A DNA stretch of 64,000 bases from Leidyana gryllorum EB-2025a. Taxonomy: Eukaryota; Protista; Apicomplexa. The translations under genes were made by a program, and so were the position numbers. The notes under the pieces were generated by a model. The model was given only the letters and a program-made list of their open reading frames with translations, made no database searches and was not told where the DNA came from. Below are positions 47,038 through 58,118 of this stretch, piece after piece. The first letter of the stretch is position 1, and the number at the start of each line of letters is the position of its first letter. The stretch lies in the NCBI GenBank assembly GCA_048772705.1, contig JBLWGC010000104.1, positions 310,001 to 374,000 of the forward strand, read 5' to 3'.

Positions 47038-50000
47038 TCATTCACGACTGGTCTCTCGACTCATTCCGAAGTTCGGCGTACCCGAATGTACTGCCGGTAA
47101 TGCTGCTGGCGCCATCCCGGCCGCAGAATATATCACACCCCGCGGTGTTAATTGACGCGGGAGAGTTGGCGTGAGGCTATTCAGACTGCTGCTCCGTTTC
47201 CGCATCTCCACCGTCCGCCGGAAAGGTCTATGCGTCGGAATGAAGCGATTCAATGGCCCCGCCAGGACAGCCCCGCAGGCCCACGGGGGCGATGGATGAC
47301 GCACCATGTTTGATGGCATCGTTTCGTTAGACCCACTGGCAGACGATGTGAGTGAAGAAGGATATGTCATCACTTCTGGATTGAAGGTCACATGCCTGCT
47401 GCTATTTGGTGGAGACAGGCCCATCGCTTGCGATCCATCCTTCGTAGTTGGCCGAGGTGGCAATCGAATGCTCTCGATGCTGCTTTGAGGGTTTTCGGTG
47501 TCGGCAGTGCTCAACTTTTCCAGACTTCCCGCTTTCACCGCAGAAGTCACACTCTCGGCCGGCAACGAGTGATCGGGGGGCGGCGCAGCAGCAGGTGCCA
47601 TCTCGGGCGAGGCCACACTCGGCGTTGTCTGACTCTCAGGGCTTTCGTCTGAGGATAGCTGCGAACCCGCCGCGTGAATTGGGCATTCGAATGAAGGAGA
47701 AGGCGGTGGTGGCGCTGAATACTGTTGTAGGCTCTCTGGACTTGGCGCGAAGCTCTGTTGCCGTCTAAAGACCATGGCTTCTGTCGGAGCTGCATTCGCA
47801 GATGGGAAAGTACGGTATGGAGGGGATGCCAAGACTTTCCGACTTTGGCCGGTGGACGCGCTGTGCTGTTGTCCTTGTTCTGACCGGCTGGTCGACAGAG
47901 TCTCGTAAGCCTCTTCACATTTGACGCCGAAGTTTATGATCTCCAGATCGCGCTTCTGTCGATCAATTTTGTCCCTCTGGCGGTCGACAATCTCCTTCAA
48001 CTCATCTATGCGGACCTTCGCGTCTGCAAGGGCCTGCTCGCCGAGTTTCATTTGATACCTCGCAGTCTTCACTCGCCGCATCAAGTTGTCCCGCTCTTCT
48101 TCCAATTCACGGATTCTCTCCATTGCCACCACATGGGACTCATGACCGTTGGCAGTGTAGGGACTAAGTCCCACAGTGAAGGAGTCGCCATGCTGAGTTC
48201 CCCTTGAGAAAAAATCCTCACCACACTGAAGATAGAGGGGATCCGCGCAACTGATCTTTCGTGGAGAGATAGCTTGCTTCTTGGGCTCCTGAGTGACGCT
48301 CAGGAGCTTCCTGCGAACGTCCCGCAGCTCTCTCATCAAATCACGCTTCTCCTTCACAGCGGTTTTCATTGCTTCGAGGAGATCAAGCACATCTTTTTTC
48401 ACCAACCCATTCTCTTCAACTAAGCGAGTAGTCTCAGCCTTCAATCGTTTATTCTCCTCCTCTATTTCCTTCCCGATTGTCTGCTCACTTAACTTAGCTT
48501 GAAGGGATGCGATTGTGTCTTGCAAACCTCGACGATCATCCTCCGCTTGCTGCAGACATAGCTCCAATGCACCGATTTTGTCGCTGGTTTCTCTCTGCAG
48601 CTGCACAATATAGTTGCCTCTCTCCAGGTCCGCCTGACGATAAATCTCCAAGGCGGTTTCCAGCTCTTCTTTCGCTCTGTTAGTGTCTGTTAAGGTTGAC
48701 ATTGTGGCCTTCAAATGAATTTCTGCATCTTTCCGCCACGCCTCTTGCTCTATGTACTTCTCTTTCAAAGCAACGAGTTCATCCTGCAGTGCTTTGACTG
48801 CTTGCTCGTCAGGGTGGCTGCTGTCGCTGTGAGAGGTTATTTGTATCAAAAAATTGTCACCTACCTGGTGGTGCGCCGGACCGACGATGGTGCTTCACTT
48901 CGACTCTCACTTGAAGAGGTCCTGTGATATTCCTCAGAACCATCCGACGTGTCCATCGTTTGTAGCTTCCCCTTCGACACCAACTCGCCAATGGCAGCAA
49001 GACCTCTTAATACCACCTTGCCCAAATCCTTTTTGTGCTCTTTTCGTCGTCGGGATTTCGATCGACGTCGACTTGACTGAGAAAATGATTGGCTCTCGCC
49101 TGTTACAGCACTGGCTTCAGATGTAGTGGTGACGGTCTGTAATCGTCCAGTATCCGTCTCATCGGTCCAACTTGTCTGCAACCCCTCTGTGGTTCTAGTC
49201 TCAGCCTCAGATGTGGTTTGAACGGAATAGTCCGTTGAGTTCTCGACAGCACTCTTCACCATCATGTTCAGGGCTTGAACGAGTGCAAGGACGTCTTCTC
49301 GGGGAGCGCCGGCAAGCATTCGTTCTTGAATGGTGTTGGCTATCACTGCAAGGACGCTGCGAGTACTTTGGGTCGATCCGGTGTGAGTGGTTGTTAGTGT
49401 TGTTGAGGTGTGGCGGGACTCTGTCTCTGTAGTGTGATCGTCGACGTCCGTCTCTTCCGCTTCAGCTTCAGCTTCCTCCTCCTCCTCTGACTCACTGCGG
49501 GCTGCAGCAGCCTCAGACGAGGTTAGGTCACCATCAACACTGGGGACGAGGTGTGGCAGATCCTTTTTAATACGTTCCTCGGCCGACTCCCACCAAGCAA
49601 ATCGGACGTGCTTTTGGTCAACACCAGAATCCGAGTCGTCGGCGGCCGGTTCGTCGTCTTCGACCTCTTGACTCGAAGATTCACGGCCCTCACCACTTTC
49701 TGATTCCTGCAACTCCTCCTGGCTTTGCTGTTCAGGTGACGACTGACTATCTGTAGCCTGATATTCAATCGAGCCACTTTCCTGACTGGAAGACTGAAGC
49801 ACTGGGCCGTTGGATCCCTCTGGACCGCTGGACTCCCAGCCCACCAAATCCCGAATCTCCATCTCTGCATCGGAAATGGTGCGTTGCCAGTACGGCGCAG
49901 TGCTGGGGGTAGAGTGACGACTGTAGCCTTTTTGTGCATCTGGGGAGGCAGATCGAGGTCGATTCCGTTCCTTCAACAACGTAGACGGTGCGAATTGTGA

Positions 50001-50153
50001 GTCAGGAGCTAAACCCCGCAACCAAAATGAAGGTGGCTTTGGGGCGGATAATTCACGCAGGTTTCCCGATATCATGGCATAAGCGTTAGTCTGGTCCTGT
50101 TCGGCGTCGCTGGGCGCAACACCGAAGTGGGGGAGGTCGTTGTGTGCTGACAT
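47038..50153 (-). CDS. Large hypothetical coiled-coil protein (2 exons)
   Basis: ORFs 48861-50153 and 47038-48849 joined by a GTAGGT..CACAG intron at ~48829-48865; long heptad E/K/L/Q region. Confidence 0.75.
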
Positions 50154-50302
50154 TGTAGGCTTGACCTATGTTGGACGCATCTTGACTGCGATGAAGGGTG
50201 TGTGCCGTACCGCACACACGTTTACACCTGTGATGGGGGCTCAAGTCGACACAATGATCCATGAGTTGACCAAAAAAAACAGAATAATCACGCCGGACCA
50301 CA

Positions 50303-51336
50303 ATGTCACGTATTAGTTCCTCCCAGTATGACCGGCAAATCACCATCTTCTCTCCCGAAGGGAAACTATTCCAAGTTGGTGGGTCCGATGGGTGGCGAAG
50401 CCCTTTCCAATTTTGTGGTCAGAGTATGCATTTCGGGCTATCAACAGCTCCAACATCACGGTGGTTGGCTTAAAGGGGAAGAATTGTGTGGTATTGGTTG
50501 GACACAAGAAGGTAGCTTCCCAGGCATTGCAACAGGTAAGGGGCTGTTCAGATGCAGTGGAAAGTGGATCACAGGACAAACTGCTGGATTCGAGCTCCCT
50601 GTCGTCCTTCTACCATGTGACGGGTCGCATTGGGGGTGCTTTCGTCGGTCTTCCAGGTGATTTAATCCATGTCGTAAGCTGTGTTGATTATGAGGATTGT
50701 AGCCGACTGCCGAGCGATGGTGTTCCGCACTCGACAGAAGGCCGCCGACTTCCAATATGAGAATGGTTATCCTATGCCTGTACACTACCTGGCTCACAAG
50801 ATTGCCAATCTGAACCAAGTTTTCACTCAGCATGCCTATATGCGTCTACACGCTTGCCGTAAGGACTTATATGTGTGTGAGGTTGTATTGACCCGTTTTG
50901 ATTCACCGTAGTCGGTCTGCTGATCTCAATAGATGAGGAGCAGGGTCCAAGCCTCTATCGTTTTGACCCAGCTGGGTGGTATACTGGCAACAAGGTAAGT
51001 TCTTCAACTAGGTTTCGGTCCTGAAGCGCTCCTCACCCTTTCAGGCGGCGGTCGTGGGCAATAAGGAGTCTGAGGCGACCAATTACTTTGAGAAGCTTTT
51101 GAAGAAAAAGGAACCCGAGACGGTGGAAGAAACTATTTGTGGTGCGATCCTGTGCTTACAAACGGTGAGTCTCAAATCGAGAGAGACAGATTTTACGTTG
51201 ATGGCAGACGCTCGGGCTGGATTTCAAAGTGAGCGATCTGGAGATCGCTCTGGTGACTACGGAGGACCCAAATTTCCGCACCTTGTCTGAGGATCAGATA
51301 GATAACTACTTGACGATGGTTGCTGAGCGCGAGTGA
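50303..51336 (+). CDS. PSMA6: 20S proteasome subunit alpha type-6 (alpha1)
   Basis: YDRQITIFSPEGKLFQV|EYAFRAIN, YENGYPMP, VFTQHAYMR, FDPAG, IDNYLTMVAERE*; about 6 introns. Confidence 0.95.
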
Positions 51337-51458
51337 GTTGTAGCTGAGTGTATCCGATGTGGACGGGAGCACGAGATGATTGACACCGAGCCTTTGAAAT
51401 GATTAGTGTGCTAGAACTGGGTGCGGAATAAAAAAGGAAAAAAATAACAAACAAGAGT

Positions 51459-53075
51459 ATGTCGACAATTGAATCACAAAGCAGTCCTCAATTCTGTATT
51501 GAGGAACCTCCCAAAGTAGCTGAGAGGGTCATACCTACCTACGGGTGTGGCGGGCGAGTACGCATTGAGGCTATCCTGAAAGCTGAAGGAGATGACAGCT
51601 TCCTCAACAAGGAAGTTACTGTCGCAGGATGGTCCAAGACCGTGCGGAAGCAGGGCTCTGGCCTCATATTCATTGCATTGAACGACGGAAGTACAGTCAA
51701 GAACCTCCAAGTTGTTGTCACTCCTGATGGGGTTTCACCGGAAGTGTATGCTGCGCTTGCGAAGTGTGGTGTTGCTACAGCATTCCGTGTGACGGGAACT
51801 ATCATTGAGAGTCCCGCTCAAGGTCAAAAGTACGAGATGCAGGTCGCTGATCAGTCGAAGCACGAGATTCGTATCGTTGGCGAAGCGGACCAAAGCAAAT
51901 ACCCATTGGCCAAGAAATCTCATTCGAAAGAATTCTTGCGGGAGATTGCTCACCTGCGTCCTCGTACGTATATGATGGGATGCGTTACCCGGATTCGTAC
52001 AGCTCTCGCTGGTGCTGTCCACGAGTTCTTCCAGTCTCGCGGCTTCCAGTACATTCATACGCCCATCATCACCGGATCAGATTGTGAGGGAGCTGGAGAG
52101 ATGTTCCAAGTCACCACGCTCTTACCCGAGAACAACGATCTGTTCAAGATCCCGCAAATCACCCCCAAGACACCCAAGTCCAGTGCCAAGGCGGTAGACG
52201 CTCCCGCGGACGAGCAAGCTGCTGCCGCACCACCGCCTCCTAAGCAAAAGTTGATTGACTACCGCAAGGACTTCTTCGGCAAGAAGACATTCCTCACTGT
52301 ATCGGGACAGCTCAATGTTGAGACTTTCGCCTGCGCTCTGAGCGATGTATATACCTTTGGACCCACTTTCCGGGCGGAGTGGAGTCACACAAGCCGTCAT
52401 TTGGCAGAGTTCTGGATGATGGAGCCCGAAATGGCTTTTGCTGATCTCGAAGACAACATGCGATGTGCTGAGGCATTCTTGCGCTTCTGCGTTCGTACCA
52501 TCCTCGATCGCCATCGGGATGATCTGGAATGGCTGCAAGAGAACGTCGAACAGGGTTTGATCAACCGATTGGAGAACATTGCCGACTCCAACTTTGCCCG
52601 GCTGTCGTACACTGACGCCATCGAGCGACTGAAGCAGGAGCCCGAGGATCGATTCCAAGTGAAACCAGAGTGGGGCATGGACATGGGTTCGGAGCACGAA
52701 CGGTTTTTGGCTGAGGAAGTTTACAAGAAACCCGTGATAGTGTACGATTATCCCAAAGACATCAAAGCCTTCTATATGAAAGTGAATGAGGACGGCAAGA
52801 CAGTGCGTGCGATGGACATTCTGGTCCCAAAGATCGGCGAGGTTGTTGGAGGTTCACAGAGGGAGGAGCGCTTGGATGTGTTGGACAAACAGATAGCAGA
52901 TAAGGGGCTGGTTGTCGAGCACTACTCATGGTACAGAGATCTCAGAAAGTTCGGTACCGTCCCTCACAGTGGTTTCGGTGTCGGTTTTGAGAGGCTCATC
53001 ATGATGATCACTGGGGTTGAGAACATCCGAGACGTGATTCCCTTCCCCAGAGCTCCTGGCCTCGCAGATTATTGA
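51459..53075 (+). CDS. NARS: Asparaginyl-tRNA synthetase
   Basis: HLRPRT, SDCEGAGEMF, LTVSGQL, FGPTFRAE..TSRHLAEFWM, GGSQREER, PHSGFGVGFER, NIRDVIPFPR; intronless. Confidence 0.97.
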   Translation: MSTIESQSSPQFCIEEPPKVAERVIPTYGCGGRVRIEAILKAEGDDSFLNKEVTVAGWSKTVRKQGSGLIFIALNDGSTVKNLQVVVTPDGVSPEVYAALAKCGVATAFRVTGTIIESPAQGQKYEMQVADQSKHEIRIVGEADQSKYPLAKKSHSKEFLREIAHLRPRTYMMGCVTRIRTALAGAVHEFFQSRGFQYIHTPIITGSDCEGAGEMFQVTTLLPENNDLFKIPQITPKTPKSSAKAVDAPADEQAAAAPPPPKQKLIDYRKDFFGKKTFLTVSGQLNVETFACALSDVYTFGPTFRAEWSHTSRHLAEFWMMEPEMAFADLEDNMRCAEAFLRFCVRTILDRHRDDLEWLQENVEQGLINRLENIADSNFARLSYTDAIERLKQEPEDRFQVKPEWGMDMGSEHERFLAEEVYKKPVIVYDYPKDIKAFYMKVNEDGKTVRAMDILVPKIGEVVGGSQREERLDVLDKQIADKGLVVEHYSWYRDLRKFGTVPHSGFGVGFERLIMMITGVENIRDVIPFPRAPGLADY

Positions 53076-53121
53076 GTTGGGCATTTGAAGATGTCTTTTT
53101 AGTAGAGGCTCCTTGTCAATC

Positions 53122-53153
53122 TGTGTGTGTGTGTGTGTCTGTCTGTCTGTCTG
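53122..53153. repeat. Compound (TG)n(TCTG)n microsatellite
   Basis: tgtgtgtgtgtgtgtgtctgtctgtctgtctg between convergent genes. Confidence 0.85.
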
Positions 53154-53234
53154 CCGTCGGGCAGGTGGTGTACGTGTAACCTGACAAAAATAGAGAATTG
53201 CGCAGCCACGCACGGTTTAGGATTGTATGACTCG

Positions 53235-54131
53235 TCACATCAGCGACCACCACCAAAAGCACCACGAGCAGTACAATCCGAGAAGAAGTCCCACTGACAC
53301 CGATCTGGAGGGAACCCCCTCGGGCAGAACTTTGATACCCGTCAACGACAGTTCTGCTGCAACAGGTTGAAAAGCACAGTCGGAGCTGGGGATTACAGCG
53401 AATCTGTGGCGTCCGTGCACGATTGCAACTTCATTGGTATCGGTTATTCTCAAATAGATTGCGTTGCGCGCAATTTCTATTTGCTCCTCCCTCTCAAATA
53501 TTGGGATGTAACCTTCAGCAGCGCTCAGATGACATGTTTCTTTTGCCGTCTCTAGGGTGTTGAAATCCGGGATCTCTCGGACTTCGCTTTGGAGTAGCCT
53601 AAGTCGACGATTTGGGGTTGAAATTATGGGAGCGTGATAGACATCCACGCCAGGGGGAGATATTAGCGGCAGATTGCTGTCGATTCTTGTACCATCAAGT
53701 GTGTCCCCTTCAGAGGGAATGTCGTAGATTTCGGCATAATTAGACTGTTGGGAGCATTCATTGGTGACAGTTTTGGTTTTGATCACCATATTCATGGTGG
53801 TCAGGTTTGTCCATTGATATCGTTGGTGTGCGCCAATGTCAAGTCCCCATCCAGCTTGCCCAAGCGATGTCTCTCCAAGACAAATACTCGTCCCTCCAGT
53901 ACCCAAAGGATACACCTCAGTCAGCCTAACAGAGACTTGACAATTCATCGCTCGCAGCTGATCCAGACAGACTCTCAAGGACCAGAAGTCCCCGACATCT
54001 GCACAATTCCGTTGGCAAAGTTGCTGGCATCTTCCTTCACACCCCACATTGTGGACGATGACTGTAGTCGTTCCGGGGTTATAGACTGCAACCACACCAC
54101 TCACGAGAACCAGCGTCCCAACACCAAACAT
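53235..54131 (-). CDS. Cys-rich surface protein, signal peptide and hydrophobic C-terminus (possible GPI anchor)
   Basis: MFGVGTLVLVSGVVA start, CEGRCQQLCQRNC, internal RRLRLLQ, terminal SVSVGLLLGLYCSWCFWWWSLM. Confidence 0.7.
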   Translation of the reverse strand: MFGVGTLVLVSGVVAVYNPGTTTVIVHNVGCEGRCQQLCQRNCADVGDFWSLRVCLDQLRAMNCQVSVRLTEVYPLGTGGTSICLGETSLGQAGWGLDIGAHQRYQWTNLTTMNMVIKTKTVTNECSQQSNYAEIYDIPSEGDTLDGTRIDSNLPLISPPGVDVYHAPIISTPNRRLRLLQSEVREIPDFNTLETAKETCHLSAAEGYIPIFEREEQIEIARNAIYLRITDTNEVAIVHGRHRFAVIPSSDCAFQPVAAELSLTGIKVLPEGVPSRSVSVGLLLGLYCSWCFWWWSLM

Positions 54132-54132
54132 C

Positions 54133-57100
54133 TCATCTGTTGTCTTCACGTTTTTTGTTGCACAGTTTCACCAACTCGTCTAAAAGTACAATGAAAATCG
54201 CTCCGCATATCGGAAGAGCAAGTTGCCTGCGTAGACGATAAGACACGCTCCCAATCGTACTCTGCTTGCTCACCATAGCCCGATTGGATGCAGATTGAAA
54301 GCCTCTCGACATCCTGGAATCAGAGTCATCATCAGTGTAATGGTAGCGGGAACAGATGCTCCCAGATGCAACCAACCTGACCGGTTGAACACCTTATGTG
54401 CTGGCTGTGGAGACCTCAACTGCCAAAGTACACAAATGTCACACGCCCTTTAAGTCCGCCCTCACTGAATAAGGCCACAGAATCTCACTGAAACCTGCCA
54501 ATACGAATGTTTGAGACGAAGCCACCCGACTGGCTCGCGTTGGCACCCATCGGTGTCCTTCTCCTTGTGTGGTCTTAGATGGTGCCAAACACCAACCGAG
54601 CGAGTCTCGACCCGAAGGACAGATCAATCTCTGCGTCAATCAATGAAGCGTATACTCATCACGGTGTGTCTTACTCGCGAGTCTATGCCGTATGTCTCTG
54701 GAGGCTGATGCCCTCCTGCGACACCCCGAGAAACACCCATGTATTGCCGCAAGATGCCATTGTGATAGAAATCGAGGTTTGTGTGCCAGTCGGCATAGCT
54801 CCCTGGGGTCCAACGAAACGCTTGGACGACACAAAGGTACCGATCTCCACTGTTAGTGGACAGACAGGCGTCTTGGAGCCCTTGATTGGTCCATACCCCT
54901 GCGTTCAAGTAGGTGGCCAAGACAGTACCGACCAGTATTATCAACCCAGAGAAGATCACATGTGGCAATATCACCCGTAGCCACACACCACGAGTCAATA
55001 TCGGCGTATTGCGTGGTCTAGGTTTTTGTTGCATAGCGTCAGGTTCGCGAGGCTCTCTAGCCAGCGATATTGCTGGTGGTGCGTCGCAGATCAAGTTGAT
55101 AAATAATACTTGCAGCGCAGACAAAGGCAATTTAAGGCCACATAGTATCGCTGTTGTCAGATACAGAATCTCTCCGAAATCTGTGCCAATTAAGTAGGCA
55201 ACAAAGTTGCGAACGTTAGCGAATATCCGTCTCCCTGCACACACTGTGTGTGTGTTCGTTCCCTGAGATCGGTGCTCACCTTCGGCAATAGCTTTGACAA
55301 TGGTGCCAAAGTCATCATCCATCAGAATCAGATCGGCTGCCGACTTTGCCACCTCGGTGCCACCCAGCCCCATGGCCACACCAATATCCGCCGTTTGCAA
55401 AGCCGGAGCATCGTTCACGCCATCGCCGGTCATTGCTACAACATGGCCTTGACGCTGCAAACTCTCCACGATCGTTAATTTGTCATCCGGTCTAGCTCTA
55501 GCAAATACAGTCGTGGCGCTGACCAAGTCATCACGGTGTTTCAGAGCCATCTCGTCTGATTGGTCGAACGCTTTCAAGGCGTCACATGTGACTGCCCCAT
55601 CATGATCTCCATTTCTGACAAAGAGTTTTCACCCATCACCTGACTAAGTGGAATGCTCTTACCCATTAATTCCAAGTCGTTTAGCAAGGGAGAGTGTGTT
55701 GGGCACTTGGTCACCCGTGATAATAACGACCTTGACATTCGCTTGCATGGCTTCTTTGATGGCACCAGCTACACTAGCCCGAGGAGGATCTTCAAACGCA
55801 AGAAAGCCCATCAAGCACCCTTTCCAGTTCTGGATCAATTCGAATCTCTCTTGTGCTGATGAGCAATCTTGCAGGACGATCATCTTCGCCTGCGAGAGAG
55901 GAATCAGGGCGACAGCCAATACTCTGAGCCCTCCAGCGGCAATAGACTCATTTCTTTCCAATATTTGATTTCGTTCATCCTCGGTGACGGGATTTCGGGT
56001 GTCGACAAACAGCTGTTTCAACTCATCGTACATAACGGGAGCGGAGCTGCACATAGAGAGGACAATCTCGGGTGCTCCCTTGATGGCTGCCATGCCAGCA
56101 GCAGGGACTCCTTGATCTATGAGTTTCATTTTAAAGACTTCCCCTCGATCAAATAGTCGATAAGTACAGATCTCCAGTTTGCGTGTCGATGTGAAAGGAA
56201 CGCTCAATTGCTCGTCCAATATATGTACGTTTCGAGGATTCCAGTGACCCTCTGCTTCCGACCACCAAGCCAACGATGCGGCGTCCAGAACGGCAGCTGC
56301 GAGCGATGGCGTGGAGGGGGAGCGAGTAGAGTCGGACTTACCATCTGTTCGGTTGCTTCTGGCACCTTCACTTGTGTTTGATGAGGATGTGGCCAGTCTG
56401 GCCACTAGAAGGAGAGACCTGCACAACAATCCGGAACCGGTGTATTCACCAGGATACCCAAGTCCCATGAGTCTTGGAGCATTATCGGGGATCGAGATGG
56501 GGGAGGGGGAGGTGGTCGTGTATGGAAGTATTATGCGTTCTCCTGGCTGCTGATTTATGATAATTGCATCTTGGAGCTCCAAAGGGGCCCCAGCGGAAGC
56601 TTTTCGGCTAGCGAAGGTCAATCGCGATGCTGATATCTTTCCTTCCGTAAGGGTTCCGGTCTTGTCAGTACAAATTATTGAAGTACAGCCCAGGGTTTCG
56701 ACGGCAGGAAGTCGTCTAATCTGAGCGGAGAGATTGAGACAAAGATGGGGAAGAACTCCTCTTACTCGAGCGTTAAAGCTATTCAGAATTCTGCATCCCA
56801 TAGCAAAGGACATGGTGACCACTGTTGGTAGCGATTCCGGCATAGCCGATACCGCGAATCCGACTGCCAGAACAACTATCTGCGATTAACACCTCCACAC
56901 ATGGGAGTAGTTAGACGTCACAGCTTCTCTCCTTAAATCACTGTGGCTTACCGTCACAACACGCGACCGATCTGGCGTGGATGGATCTGAATATCCCGTG
57001 ATCCAAGCCACCACCAGAATGAGGATCACGAAAAGCACCACGAAGCATCCAATGAGTCCGCCTAATCGCTTCAGAGCACCTTCCAATGGAGTCCTCTTGG

Positions 57101-58088
57101 GACCCTTCATGGCTCGCTCAACGAGTTTCTCAGCAATCATTCCCATTTGGGTATCCATTCCAACAGCGATGACGATGCCCTTGCCGTGTCCGCTAACAAC
57201 AACGGTGGAGTGATAACATACAGAGGCCGGTAGAGGCACTCGAGGTACTTGATGGGTTGCTACTTTGTCAATGGGGACAGATTCTCCTGTCAGAAGGCTT
57301 TCGTTGACCGTCAGATCAACAGCTTCGATCAGCCTGATGTCGGCTGGAACTGCTGCTCCGGTCCGAACTATCACAACGTCCCCGACCACAAGTTGATCTG
57401 AGGGGACTTCTCGCTCTTTTCCATCTCTAATTACAGTACATTGGGGCGAGATCAAGCTGGCAAGCGCGCGTAGAGCGTCTAGAGCTTGCCGTTGCATAAG
57501 AGTACTACTAATTGCATTGAATATGATAAGCAGCGCCAACACTGCGGCTTCAATCCACTCGGCAAACGCAAGACTGACAATGAATCCAACAATCAGCAAA
57601 GCGACCAAGGGTGATCGGAGTTCAGCAAATAACAACTGCCAGGAAGAAGGACGCGGAGCTTCTCGCACTATATTCTCTCCATATTGCGCCCGACTCCATT
57701 CGGCTTCGGCGTCCGTCAACCCGATGTGTCGATTAGTGCGCAGTTCGGACTCCAGCTCTGCAGTGGGCATATATGCGTACAACACATTCCCCGCAGCGCC
57801 CTGATCCGCTATTTCATGGACAGTACTGCGAAACGTGTCTGGAGCCATTCGACGACTCTGTGTCAGAATGTCTTCAAGGCTGAACTGTATATCCGGCACT
57901 CCATCGACGGCATTACCGCCACCCGTAAGAGCCCGCCGTGAACAGCGAGTTGTCGTGAAAGCGCGCTTCGTTGAATGATACCGGGTTGTCGGATCATTGC
58001 TGCGCCCAGTAGAAGGGCCAGCGAGTAGTTCTTCAACATGAGCTAAGGGGGGGACAGTAGGTGGCCTGTTCAGGTGTTCAACTCTCAT
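54133..58088 (-). CDS. ATP4: P-type II cation ATPase, ATP4-like (putative Na+ pump)
   Basis: TGES, LAVGFAVSAMPESLP, CTDKTGTLTEGK, KGAPE, DPPR, ITGD, MTGDGVNDAPAL, GTEVAK. ATP4-like GYSDPS luminal loop and VFNR..WLHL C-terminus; about 7 introns. Confidence 0.88.
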
Positions 58089-58118
58089 TGGAATACAGGC
58101 AGGCACACAGCCCAAAAA

